Part shown: positions 1 through 9,103 of the stretch, piece after piece
Layout: each line of letters begins with the position of its first letter
Position numbering within the stretch: the first letter of the stretch is position 1
Assembly: GCA_022768745.1 (NCBI GenBank)
Contig: JALELK010000107.1
Coordinates: 90,326 to 154,325, forward strand
DNA: 64,000 nt
Reading direction: 5' to 3'
Source of the DNA: Lachnospiraceae bacterium
GTDB lineage: Bacteria > Bacillota > Clostridia > Lachnospirales > Lachnospiraceae
Notes under the pieces: model-generated
Told to the model about the DNA's origin: nothing
The model's input: only the letters and a program-made list of their open reading frames with translations
Databases searched by the model: none
Translations under genes and position numbers: made by a program

Positions 1-2154
1 CGCAGAGAAAATCAGCAGAGACAGCAGAACGAAAATCGTCCGTCTCGTCCGGTTAAAGATGGGGCGCCAAGAGACGATCGTCAGCAGAATCGTCCAAAAC
101 GTGATAACAGAGATGAGCGCAGACCACAGCGAACAAACGATGGAAACAGAAACAATAATAACGGCGGCAGAAATAACTTCGCTGGTGAAAACCGAAGAGG
201 TGGTGCACCTGCACAGGCAGCACCTGTAAACAATCGTCCAAAAGAAGGAAGAGACCGCGACAACAATCGCAATAAAAAGAAGCATGATTACGATCAGTTA
301 GGCGGAAAGAAGCAGGAAAGATATGTAAATCTTGAGAAAAACGGTGGTAAGAAGAAAAATAAAGCGCCACAGCAAAAACCTGTGGAAAAGGATCCGAATG
401 AAATTCTTACTTTGACTTTGCCTGAGAGAATCACCATTAAAGATTTGGCAGATAAGATGAAAGTTCAGGCATCTACCATTGTAAAGAAACTCTTTTTGAA
501 GGGTGTGATGGTTACGGTCAACCAAGAGGTAGACTACGATCAGGCTGAGGAGATTGCATTGGAGTTTAACTGCATCTGCGAACCTGAAGTGAAGGTAGAT
601 GTTATTGAAGAACTGCTTAAGGAAGAGGAAGAAAACGAAGAAAACATGGTTCCACGTCCACCTGTTGTTTGTGTTATGGGTCACGTAGATCATGGTAAGA
701 CTTCTCTTTTGGATGCAATTAGAGATACAAAGGTTACTGACCGCGAGGCGGGCGGTATCACACAGCACATTGGTGCATACATGGTGCCAATTAACGGACA
801 GAAAATTACATTCCTGGATACACCGGGACACGAGGCATTTACTGCTATGCGTATGCGTGGTGCCAATTCTACAGATATTGCAATTTTGGTTGTAGCTGCA
901 GATGATGGTGTTATGCCACAGACTGTGGAGGCCATTAACCATGCCAAAGCTGCCGGAATTGAGATTATCGTTGCTATTAACAAAATTGATAAGCCAAATG
1001 CCAATATCGAGAGAGTAAAACAGGAACTTTCCGAGTATGAATTAATTCCAGAAGATTGGGGCGGAAGTACAATATTTGTCCCTGTTTCTGCACATACTCA
1101 TGAGGGAATCGATACTTTACTTGAGATGATACTGTTGACCGCAGAGGTTCTTGAGTTAAAGGCAGATCCTAAGAGAACAGCCAGAGGTCTGGTGATTGAG
1201 GCTCAGCTTGACAAGGGACGTGGTGCGGTAGCCACTGTTTTGGTACAAAAAGGTACCCTTCACGTGGGAGATCCTATTGCGGCAGGAAGCTCTTATGGTC
1301 GCGTTCGTGCCATGATTGATGAGAACGGAAGACGTGTCAAAGTAGCAACTCCTTCCACTCCTGTAGAGATTTTAGGTTTGAGTGATGTTCCAAATGCCGG
1401 TGAGATTTTTGTGGCTCATGAGTCAGAAAAAGAGGCAAGAGCTTTTGCGGAGACCTTTATTTCTGAGGGTAAGAACAAGCTGATTGAGGATACCAAGGCA
1501 AAGATGTCACTGGATGATTTGTTCTCACAGATTCAGTCAGGTAACGTAAAAGAATTGAATATTATTGTAAAAGCCGATGTACAGGGTTCTGTTGAGGCGG
1601 TAAAACAATCCTTGGTTAAGCTGTCCAATGAGGAAGTTGTCGTTAAGATTATCCATGGTGGTGTTGGTGCCATTAATGAAAGTGATGTGATTCTGGCATC
1701 TGCTTCCAACGCAATTATTATTGGATTTAATGTAAGACCGGATGCACAGGCAAAGGCTACTGCAGACAGAGAGGGCGTAGATGTACGTTTGTATAAGGTT
1801 ATCTACAATGCCATCGAAGATGTGGAAGCAGCTATGAAGGGTATGCTGGATCCAGTATATGAAGAAAAGGTGATCGGTCATGCTCAGGTTCGTCAGGTAT
1901 TTAAGGCTTCTGACGTGGGAAATATTGCCGGATCTTATGTTTTGGATGGATACTTCAGCAGAGGATGCAAGGTGAGAGTCAGCCGTGAAAGCGAGCAGAT
2001 TTTTGAAGGAGATTTGGCTTCCCTTAAGAGATTTAAGGATGATGTAAAAGAAGTTAAGGCCGGATACGAATGTGGACTTGTGATGGATGGATTCAATGAT
2101 ATTCAGGAAGATGATGTGATTGAAGCATATATTATGGTTGAAGTTCCGAGGTAG
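1..2154 (+). CDS. infB: Translation initiation factor IF-2 (5' end outside the window)
   Basis: Frame 1 is open from base 1 with an R/N/Q/D-rich low-complexity region, so the track start at 382 is internal. GTPase motifs [13 protein letters not shown] and NKID are present; rbfA follows. Confidence 0.98.
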   Translation, partial: RRENQQRQQNENRPSRPVKDGAPRDDRQQNRPKRDNRDERRPQRTNDGNRNNNNGGRNNFAGENRRGGAPAQAAPVNNRPKEGRDRDNNRNKKKHDYDQLGGKKQERYVNLEKNGGKKKNKAPQQKPVEKDPNEILTLTLPERITIKDLADKMKVQASTIVKKLFLKGVMVTVNQEVDYDQAEEIALEFNCICEPEVKVDVIEELLKEEEENEENMVPRPPVVCVMGHVDHGKTSLLDAIRDTKVTDREAGGITQHIGAYMVPINGQKITFLDTPGHEAFTAMRMRGANSTDIAILVVAADDGVMPQTVEAINHAKAAGIEIIVAINKIDKPNANIERVKQELSEYELIPEDWGGSTIFVPVSAHTHEGIDTLLEMILLTAEVLELKADPKRTARGLVIEAQLDKGRGAVATVLVQKGTLHVGDPIAAGSSYGRVRAMIDENGRRVKVATPSTPVEILGLSDVPNAGEIFVAHESEKEARAFAETFISEGKNKLIEDTKAKMSLDDLFSQIQSGNVKELNIIVKADVQGSVEAVKQSLVKLSNEEVVVKIIHGGVGAINESDVILASASNAIIIGFNVRPDAQAKATADREGVDVRLYKVIYNAIEDVEAAMKGMLDPVYEEKVIGHAQVRQVFKASDVGNIAGSYVLDGYFSRGCKVRVSRESEQIFEGDLASLKRFKDDVKEVKAGYECGLVMDGFNDIQEDDVIEAYIMVEVPR

Positions 2155-2157
2155 AAA

Positions 2158-2511
2158 ATGAAAAAAAGAAGTATTAAAAATACAAGAATCAATGAAGAGG
2201 TTCTTCGTGAATTGAGTAATATTTTGAGAGGGGAGATAAAAGACCCCAGAGTGAGTCCTCTCTGCAGCGTTGTTGCTGTGGAGGTGGCTCCGGATTTGAA
2301 AACTGCTAAGGCGTACATCAGTGTTTTGGGAGATGAAAAAGCCCAGCAGGATACGATGGAAGGCTTAAAGTGTTCAGCGGGATATATCCGTAGACAGCTT
2401 GCAGCAAACATTAATTTGAGAAATACACCGGAGATACATTTTATTTTGGACCAGTCCATTGAATATGGCGTCAGAATGTCAAAAATGATTGATGAGGTGA
2501 ATAACAAATAG
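2158..2511 (+). CDS. rbfA: Ribosome-binding factor A
   Basis: IKDPRV, DLKTAKAYIS and LRNTPEIHF motifs; directly after infB. Confidence 0.96.
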   Translation: MKKRSIKNTRINEEVLRELSNILRGEIKDPRVSPLCSVVAVEVAPDLKTAKAYISVLGDEKAQQDTMEGLKCSAGYIRRQLAANINLRNTPEIHFILDQSIEYGVRMSKMIDEVNNK

Positions 2512-2522
2512 GGGGCAATGCT

Positions 2523-3485
2523 ATGCACTTAGATTACGAATTGGAAAAAATTCAGACAATGGCCATTGCCGGACACATACGTCCGGATGGAGACTGCGTT
2601 GGCTCCTGCCTTGCTGTTTACAACTATGTTCGCGCCTATTATCCCAAGATAGATGTTACGGTATATTTAGAGCCGATTCCAAATATCTTTAAGTTTTTAC
2701 AGGGCTCAGAAACTATCTGCAGTACGGTGGAGGATGAAAACAGGACATATGATTTGTTCCTGGTATTGGATTGCGGCGATGTAGGTCGTATTGGTGATTT
2801 TGGTGTTCTCTATGAAAAAGCGAAGAGGACACTATGCATTGATCATCATGTAAGCAATCGATCCTTTGCAGATGATAACTTAATCGTGCCGGATGCCAGT
2901 TCAACCTGTGAACTGGTTTATGGTGTCCTGGATAACGACAAACTGACCAAAGAAATTGCAGAGTGTATTTATACAGGGATGGTTCATGACACAGGTGTTT
3001 TCCAATATTCGTGCACATCGAAATCTACAATGGAAATTGCAGGAGATTTGATGGAACTTGGAATTGATTATCCGGCGATTATTGACAAAACATTCTATGA
3101 AAAAACTTTTGCTCAAAATAAAATTCTTGGGCAGGCACTTTTGAAAAGCCGTCTGTTTCAAAATGGCAGTTGCATCGGTAGTGTGATTACCAAAGAGGAG
3201 ATGGAAGAGTTTCACGTGCTTCCAAAACACTTGGATGGTATTGTGAGCCAGCTACGGATTACCAAGGATGTGCAGGTGGCGATTTTCCTTTATGAGTTGA
3301 CGCCGGGTGAGTTTAAGGTGAGCACCCGGGCAAAGGGAGATATGGTAGATTTATCTGTGATTGCCACGAAATATCAGGGGGGCGGACATAAAAAGGCTGC
3401 CGGGTTTACCATGTCAGGAAATGACCCATGGCAGATGATTTCACAGGTGTCTGAGGATGTGGCAGAACAATTAAACCGAGGATAG
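2523..3485 (+). CDS. DHH/DHHA1 family oligoribonuclease / pAp phosphatase (NrnA-like)
   Basis: HIRPDGD, IDHH, DTG and GGGH motifs; usual position between rbfA and truB. Confidence 0.92.
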   Translation: MHLDYELEKIQTMAIAGHIRPDGDCVGSCLAVYNYVRAYYPKIDVTVYLEPIPNIFKFLQGSETICSTVEDENRTYDLFLVLDCGDVGRIGDFGVLYEKAKRTLCIDHHVSNRSFADDNLIVPDASSTCELVYGVLDNDKLTKEIAECIYTGMVHDTGVFQYSCTSKSTMEIAGDLMELGIDYPAIIDKTFYEKTFAQNKILGQALLKSRLFQNGSCIGSVITKEEMEEFHVLPKHLDGIVSQLRITKDVQVAIFLYELTPGEFKVSTRAKGDMVDLSVIATKYQGGGHKKAAGFTMSGNDPWQMISQVSEDVAEQLNRG

Positions 3486-3487
3486 TT

Positions 3488-4384
3488 ATGAAAAGCGGAA
3501 TTATAAACGTATACAAGGAGGCAGGGTATACCTCCTTTGATGTGGTAGCAAAGCTTAGAGGAATTTTAGGAATAAAAAAAATAGGACATACAGGAACGCT
3601 GGACCCGGATGCCATAGGGGTTTTGCCGGTATGTGTAGGAAAGGCCACAAAAGTATGCGACTTGTTGACGGATAAGGATAAAACCTACCGAGCAGTGATG
3701 CATCTGGGAATTACCACAGATACACAGGACATGACAGGAAAGGTTTTGTCTACCAAGCCGGTGGATGTGACGGAGGATTTGGTAAAAGAAGTTTTATTAT
3801 CCTTTGTAGGAAACTCACAGCAGATTCCGCCTATGTATTCCGCCCTAAAAGTAAATGGGAAAAAGCTTTGCGACTTGGCGAGACAGGGAATTGAGATAGA
3901 GCGTAAGCCAAGGGATATCTATATATCAGAAATTAATATTTTAGATATCAGTCTTCCTAGGGTTACCTTTGAGGTGTCCTGTTCTAAGGGAACCTATATC
4001 AGAACCCTTTGTCATGATGTGGGACAAAAATTAAACTGCGGGGCGTGTATGGAGTCCTTGGTTCGCACCAGGGTATCTAATTTCTTGATTGAGGATAGTA
4101 TCACTCTGGAAGAAATTCAACGTTTAAAAGAACAGGGAAAATTGGAAGAAAAAATGATTTCTGTGGATTCACTGTTTGAAAAGTTCCCTGAGGTGTATGG
4201 CGTCCCAAATGCAGATGGAAAATTAAAAAATGGAAATGCCCTGTCGATAGATGAAGTAAAAACAGAGGTTGACTTTACGGAAGAGAATCGGAGTGTTCGT
4301 ATGTATATGTCTGGCGGAACTTTTGTAGGTATTTTCCATTGGAATGGACAAGTATTTAAACCGGAGAAAATGTTTTTGGAATAA
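3488..4384 (+). CDS. truB: tRNA pseudouridine(55) synthase
   Basis: GHTGTLDP, PPMYSA and SKGTYIR motifs. Confidence 0.97.
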   Translation: MKSGIINVYKEAGYTSFDVVAKLRGILGIKKIGHTGTLDPDAIGVLPVCVGKATKVCDLLTDKDKTYRAVMHLGITTDTQDMTGKVLSTKPVDVTEDLVKEVLLSFVGNSQQIPPMYSALKVNGKKLCDLARQGIEIERKPRDIYISEINILDISLPRVTFEVSCSKGTYIRTLCHDVGQKLNCGACMESLVRTRVSNFLIEDSITLEEIQRLKEQGKLEEKMISVDSLFEKFPEVYGVPNADGKLKNGNALSIDEVKTEVDFTEENRSVRMYMSGGTFVGIFHWNGQVFKPEKMFLE

Positions 4385-4389
4385 ATAAT

Positions 4390-5307
4390 ATGGAAGTAAT
4401 TACAGCACTTGATTATAAAATGACAGATGACACGGCCGTTACGGTTGGAAAATTTGACGGCATACATAAAGGACATGATTTGTTGACAGAAAAACTGTTA
4501 CAGCAGGAAAAGACTGGTCTGAAATCCCTGCTGTTCACCTTTGATGTTTCTCCGAGAATTCGACTGGCCAAGGATAACACAAAGCAGTTGATTACCAACA
4601 AGGAGCGGATGAACCTTTTGGAAAAACAGGGGATTTCCTATATGGTGCAATGCCCTTTTGAAGAGATTATGTCCTATGAGCCGGAAGAATTTGTCAAACT
4701 TTTAGTAAATCAGTTTCGCATGAAATATCTGGTATGTGGCACGGATTTCCACTTTGGAAAGATGGGAAAAGGTGATATTTTTTTGCTTCAGAAGTTATCA
4801 AAAAAATATGACTTTCGTCTTGAGGTGGTAGAAAAATTAAAACAGGACAACCGGGATATCAGTAGCACCTACGTGAGAGAGGAAATTTCTAAGGGCAATG
4901 TTTCTGTTGCCAACGAATTGCTGGGATATCACTATTTTATATGGGGCACTGTGGTACACGGAAGACATCTGGGAACAAAGATAGGGATACCAACCATCAA
5001 TCTGATTCCCCCCGAGAATAAGCTACTCCCTAAAAACGGCGTTTATGTCACATTGGTTGAAATGGAGCACAAGACGTATCACGGAGTGACCAATGTGGGG
5101 ACAAAACCTACGGTAGACGGAACCGGAGTTGTAGGGGTGGAAACCCATATTTTGGATTTTGAACAGGATGTATATGAAAAGAAAGTGTGCGTGTATTTCT
5201 TGGAACATTTAAGGGATGAGATTCGTTTTGAGTCTGTGGAAGAACTAAAAAATCAAATGAGCAAGGACAAGAAAAAAGCGTTGTTATATTTCAATAAAGA
5301 GAATTAA
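4390..5307 (+). CDS. ribF: Bifunctional riboflavin kinase/FAD synthetase
   Basis: GKFDGIHKGH, ISST, GIPTIN and ETHILDF motifs. Confidence 0.96.
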   Translation: MEVITALDYKMTDDTAVTVGKFDGIHKGHDLLTEKLLQQEKTGLKSLLFTFDVSPRIRLAKDNTKQLITNKERMNLLEKQGISYMVQCPFEEIMSYEPEEFVKLLVNQFRMKYLVCGTDFHFGKMGKGDIFLLQKLSKKYDFRLEVVEKLKQDNRDISSTYVREEISKGNVSVANELLGYHYFIWGTVVHGRHLGTKIGIPTINLIPPENKLLPKNGVYVTLVEMEHKTYHGVTNVGTKPTVDGTGVVGVETHILDFEQDVYEKKVCVYFLEHLRDEIRFESVEELKNQMSKDKKKALLYFNKEN

Positions 5308-5313
5308 GCATTC

Positions 5314-5341
5314 GAGCTGCCACTTTTGGCGGCTCTTTTTT
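5314..5341 (+). terminator. Intrinsic terminator after ribF
   Basis: GAGCTGCCA-cttt-TGGCGGCTC hairpin followed by a T6 tract. Confidence 0.8.
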
Positions 5342-5475
5342 ACTGGAAAAAATTCCCATTTAGATATAAAATGGTCCTATGAGATAGAAGGTAGAGGGTT
5401 TATGCTTTTGGGAGGGACAAGCATGGGGAACAGCGCGAGATAGATGAAAACAGAAAAAAGGATAATCAGAAGGGA

Positions 5476-7353
5476 GTGGGAAAGCCCCATCGTACACTTT
5501 TAAGAGTCATATTTGTCTCTTTGTTGGTGGTTTTGTTTATCCTGATTTATACATGTATTTTGCAAAATCGTTACAGCAAGGACACATTGCAGGATTCTGT
5601 AAAAAGAAACACTCAGTGTGCAGATGCCATATATCAGTTGGTATCCGATAGTTTTACAAAAGAGGATTTTGAGAATATTACAACAGTTGATGATATGAAG
5701 TCCGACAGATATAAGGAGTTGCAGGGAAAATTAAATGAGCTGCGAACATTAAATTCTACTCGATATCTCTATACGGCTGCCAGGGGAAAAGACGGAAAAC
5801 TGATTTATCTTGTGGATGGATTGGACCTGGATGCTGAGGATTTTGCTTATCCCGGCACCTACATAGAAAAAGAGATGATTCCGTATATTGATGCGGCCCT
5901 TTCAGGGGAGACTATCTATTCCCAGGATAGTGTAGACACCACCTGGGGGCATATTTTTACGGCTTGCTATCCCATAAGGTCAGCGGGAGATTCCGGTGAG
6001 ATTATTGGTGCACTTTGTCTGGAAATGAATATGGAGAGTACCTATGAATTTTTGGCACAAAGTAAAATAACAACCATTGAGATTGCCACTATGACGGTGG
6101 TGGTGTCTCTTTTGCTGGCGGTATGCATTTATGTTTTCCTGAACAGACAGAAACAAAAAGAACTAATCCAACAGCAGTTGTTACAGGAGTCAGCCGTAAA
6201 AGCAGAAGCAGCTAACAGGGCAAAATCAGCTTTTTTATTTAATATGAGTCATGATATTCGTACCCCTATGAATGCAATTATCGGTTATGCAGAATTGGCA
6301 GGAAGAAGTCAGACATCCCGTCAGGAATTAAACGATTATCTGGGAAAAATTCACGGATGCGGACAGACACTTTTATCAATTTTAGACAATGTTTTGGAAC
6401 TCTCAAAGATTGAGAGTGGAAATGTGGTGTTGGAAGAGAGTGCAGTGGAAGCCGGAAGCATATTCGAAAAATGTATGCAGATGGTGGAAGTAGAACTGGA
6501 AAAGAAGCATCAGACTTTAACGATTTCAAAGGAAATTATACATCCTTATGTTTATTTTGATACCACCCGGGTTACAGAAGTGATTTTAAATTTGGTCAGC
6601 AATGCCATCAAATACACGGGGGATGGTGGCAGGATTGATTGTGTCATAAAACAGAGTCCCCATCCTAAGGAAGGATGGGTGTATCACGAAATGTCCGTAA
6701 AGGATAATGGAATTGGAATGTCAGAGGAGTTTCAGTCCCATATCTTTGAAATTTTCGTGAGAGAAAAATCTACCACAGACAGCGGCATTGAAGGCACAGG
6801 TCTTGGAATGGGCATTGTGAAAAAATTAGTGGATCTTATGGATGGCACCATTGAAGTTGAGAGCAAGGTGGGAGAAGGATCTATCTTTACTTTCCGTATT
6901 CCGTGCCGGATTGCCAGCTTTGAGGAGACACAACCGAAAAGAGCGGATGAAGCCATAGAAGACAGTAAGCTGAGAGGACATAGAATTCTATTGGCAGAAG
7001 ACAATGATTTAAATGCTGAGATTGCCATAGCGCTACTGGAAGAAAAAGGACTTCTGGTGGAACGGGGGGCAAACGGTGTGGAGTGTATAGAAATGCTGGA
7101 AAAGAAGCCGGTAGATTATTATGAACTGATTCTTATGGATGTACAGATGCCCATATTGGATGGTTATGAGGCCACAAAGAAAATTCGGCAGATGGGAGAA
7201 GCCGGGAAGGCGGGCATTCCTATTATAGCCATTACTGCCAATGCATTTGCAGAGGACAAAAAGAAAGCTTTAGAGGTGGGAATGAATGCCCATGTGGCTA
7301 AGCCTATTGATATGAATGTTTTGGTTCCCACATTAAAAAAATATTTATTATAA
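5476..7353 (+). CDS. Membrane hybrid sensor histidine kinase/receiver (start uncertain)
   Basis: Two hydrophobic segments flank an extracellular domain. H-box FNMSHDIRTPMN, N-box NLVSNAIKYT, G-boxes DNGIG and GTGLG, and a C-terminal receiver (AEDN, LMDVQMP, KP). Confidence 0.93.
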   Translation: MGKPHRTLLRVIFVSLLVVLFILIYTCILQNRYSKDTLQDSVKRNTQCADAIYQLVSDSFTKEDFENITTVDDMKSDRYKELQGKLNELRTLNSTRYLYTAARGKDGKLIYLVDGLDLDAEDFAYPGTYIEKEMIPYIDAALSGETIYSQDSVDTTWGHIFTACYPIRSAGDSGEIIGALCLEMNMESTYEFLAQSKITTIEIATMTVVVSLLLAVCIYVFLNRQKQKELIQQQLLQESAVKAEAANRAKSAFLFNMSHDIRTPMNAIIGYAELAGRSQTSRQELNDYLGKIHGCGQTLLSILDNVLELSKIESGNVVLEESAVEAGSIFEKCMQMVEVELEKKHQTLTISKEIIHPYVYFDTTRVTEVILNLVSNAIKYTGDGGRIDCVIKQSPHPKEGWVYHEMSVKDNGIGMSEEFQSHIFEIFVREKSTTDSGIEGTGLGMGIVKKLVDLMDGTIEVESKVGEGSIFTFRIPCRIASFEETQPKRADEAIEDSKLRGHRILLAEDNDLNAEIAIALLEEKGLLVERGANGVECIEMLEKKPVDYYELILMDVQMPILDGYEATKKIRQMGEAGKAGIPIIAITANAFAEDKKKALEVGMNAHVAKPIDMNVLVPTLKKYLL

Positions 7354-7363
7354 AAAGGTAAAT

Positions 7364-7380
7364 ATTACATAAATGTTACA
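7364..7380 (-). promoter_or_regulatory. WalR-type direct-repeat operator
   Basis: Minus strand reads TGTAAC-ATTTA-TGTAAT, an exact match to TGTWAH-N5-TGTWAH, just upstream of the promoter of a peptidoglycan hydrolase. Confidence 0.65.
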
Positions 7381-7386
7381 AAAATG

Positions 7387-7415
7387 TTGACAGTGTAATA
7401 TTTGCTTGCTATAAT
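7387..7415 (+). promoter_or_regulatory. SigA promoter of the NlpC/P60 gene
   Basis: TTGACA-17 bp-TATAAT with an extended -10 TG. Confidence 0.85.
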
Positions 7416-7475
7416 ACCAAAGAACAGTAACAAATGGTTACTGTTTTTTTGTTTGGGGAGTATTAGGAGGATTTT

Positions 7476-8513
7476 ATGAGAAATCGAGTGATTCAGGCAT
7501 TTTCTATTATGTGCATAGGATGTCTGGTATTTAGTTTTTGTAATACACAAAAGAAAAAGGAAAATGCGTCTTTGACAGCCGGCATTGTGGCAAATGCGGT
7601 GGGTGATTTAGGGACTGCAAAAAATGTTACAGTCAGTGATTCAGAGGTAGTGGCCACAGCCAGCGCCTCAGAGGATACTTACGGATATACAAATTTAGGC
7701 ATTGCAAATGTGGATGGTAATGCGAATATCAGAGAAGCTGCCAGCAAGGACTCCAGTATCGTTGGAAAACTTCCAAACGAAGCAGGATGTGAAGTGTTGG
7801 ATGTTCAGGGAGATTGGACCCATATTTCTTCCGGAGAAGTGGAAGGATATGTATTATCAGATTTCCTTTTAACCGGTGATGCGGCAAAGGAAAAGGCAGA
7901 GAGTGTTTTGTCTTACAAGGCAGTTGTTTTGGCAGATGTGTTGCGTGTTCGAGTTGCACCGGATACTACATCTGAGATTCTCAGTACCGTTCCCAAGGGA
8001 GCAGCCCTTGAAATTGTAGAAAATCAGGGAGATTGGGTAGAGGTAAACATTGACAATGAGACAGGATATGTCAGTGGTGAGTTTGTATCCTGTGAGCAGA
8101 AGTTAAAGGATGCAATGACACTTACAGAGGCTCGTTTTGGAGAGGGTGTCTCTGACGGAAGAGTACAGGTGGTTTCCTACGCTACACAGTTTGTGGGGAA
8201 TCCATATGTTTGGGGTGGAACAAGCCTTACAAACGGAGCGGATTGTTCCGGATTTGTGCTGTCTGTTTATGCTAAGTATGGTATTTATCTGCCACATTCT
8301 TCCAGAGCACAGGCAAACTGTGGTCGACGAATCAGCACCTCAGAGTTGAAACCGGGAGATTTATTATTTTACGGAAGCGGCGGCGGAATCAATCATGTGG
8401 CTATGTATATCGGTGGCGGACAGATTGTGCATGCCAGCACACCTAGTACCGGAATCATTATTTCCAGTGCGTTTAACCGTTCACCTATTTGCTGTGTGAG
8501 TTTGCTGGATTAA
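7476..8513 (+). CDS. Secreted SH3b-SH3b-NlpC/P60 peptidoglycan endopeptidase
   Basis: N-terminal hydrophobic segment, two SH3b-like repeats (NIR...W...GYV), and NPYVWGG, DCSG and HVAMY of the C40 family. Confidence 0.93.
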   Translation: MRNRVIQAFSIMCIGCLVFSFCNTQKKKENASLTAGIVANAVGDLGTAKNVTVSDSEVVATASASEDTYGYTNLGIANVDGNANIREAASKDSSIVGKLPNEAGCEVLDVQGDWTHISSGEVEGYVLSDFLLTGDAAKEKAESVLSYKAVVLADVLRVRVAPDTTSEILSTVPKGAALEIVENQGDWVEVNIDNETGYVSGEFVSCEQKLKDAMTLTEARFGEGVSDGRVQVVSYATQFVGNPYVWGGTSLTNGADCSGFVLSVYAKYGIYLPHSSRAQANCGRRISTSELKPGDLLFYGSGGGINHVAMYIGGGQIVHASTPSTGIIISSAFNRSPICCVSLLD

Positions 8514-8551
8514 AATGTGATTTTATCTGAGATGATTTGGAAAATAATAGG

Positions 8552-8580
8552 TTTACATTCCAATGTACCTATGATATAAT
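8552..8580 (+). promoter_or_regulatory. SigA promoter of rpsO
   Basis: TTTACA-17 bp-TATAAT with an extended TG. Confidence 0.75.
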
Positions 8581-8586
8581 TCGATG

Positions 8587-8670
8587 GTATGAGTTCACCC
8601 GTATTCGGTAAATGGAAACTCCGACCTTTTGCTGAGTACAGGCGTTATAAAAATTTAGGAGGTATTTGAA
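8587..8670 (+). promoter_or_regulatory. Putative S15 autoregulatory leader RNA
   Basis: GTATTCGGTAAA pairs with TTTGCTGAGTAC in the rpsO 5' UTR; S15 leaders are established in Firmicutes. Confidence 0.6.
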
Positions 8671-8937
8671 ATGATTTCAAAAGAAAAGAAAACAGCCATT
8701 ATGGAAGAGTATGCCAGAACACCAGGTGATACAGGTTCACCGGAAGTTCAGGTTGCTGTGTTGACAGCAAGAATTCAGGAGTTAACTGAGCATCTTAAGG
8801 AGAATCCTAAGGATCACCACTCAAGACGTGGTATGCTTAAGATGATTGGTAAGAGACGTAATCTCTTGGCATATCTTAAGGAAATTGATATCGAAAGATA
8901 TCGTTCTTTGATTGAGCGTTTAGGCTTGAGAAAGTAA
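8671..8937 (+). CDS. rpsO: 30S ribosomal protein S15
   Basis: [18 protein letters not shown] and LGLRK motifs. Confidence 0.99.
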   Translation: MISKEKKTAIMEEYARTPGDTGSPEVQVAVLTARIQELTEHLKENPKDHHSRRGMLKMIGKRRNLLAYLKEIDIERYRSLIERLGLRK

Positions 8938-8948
8938 TTGGCTTACAT

Positions 8949-8980
8949 GGACGGAGTAGGTTTCTATTCCGTCCTTTTTT
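8949..8980 (+). terminator. Intrinsic terminator after rpsO
   Basis: GGACGGAGTAG-gttt-CTATTCCGTCC followed by T6. Confidence 0.85.
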
Positions 8981-8999
8981 CGTGTTGATTTGGTTATAT

Positions 9000-9074
9000 G
9001 ACAGAGACTTCATTCCGAGACCACTGATAAGTATGGAAATGTTCTGTGTTTATCAGTAGTTTCGGAGATCTGTC
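9000..9074 (+). promoter_or_regulatory. Long 5'-UTR hairpin of pnp (candidate RNase III site)
   Basis: Interrupted stem of about 30 bp with G-U pairs: GACAGA/TCTGTC, TCCGAGA/TTTCGGA and CTGATAAGTATGGAA/TTCTGTGTTTATCAG. Confidence 0.65.
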
Positions 9075-9103
9075 TTAACAATATAAGAAAAAGGAGACAT
9101 AAA

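Noticed and set aside
1-381. Repetitive low-complexity sequence at the window start
   Set aside because: It is the ordinary disordered N-terminal region of IF-2, not a repeat array.
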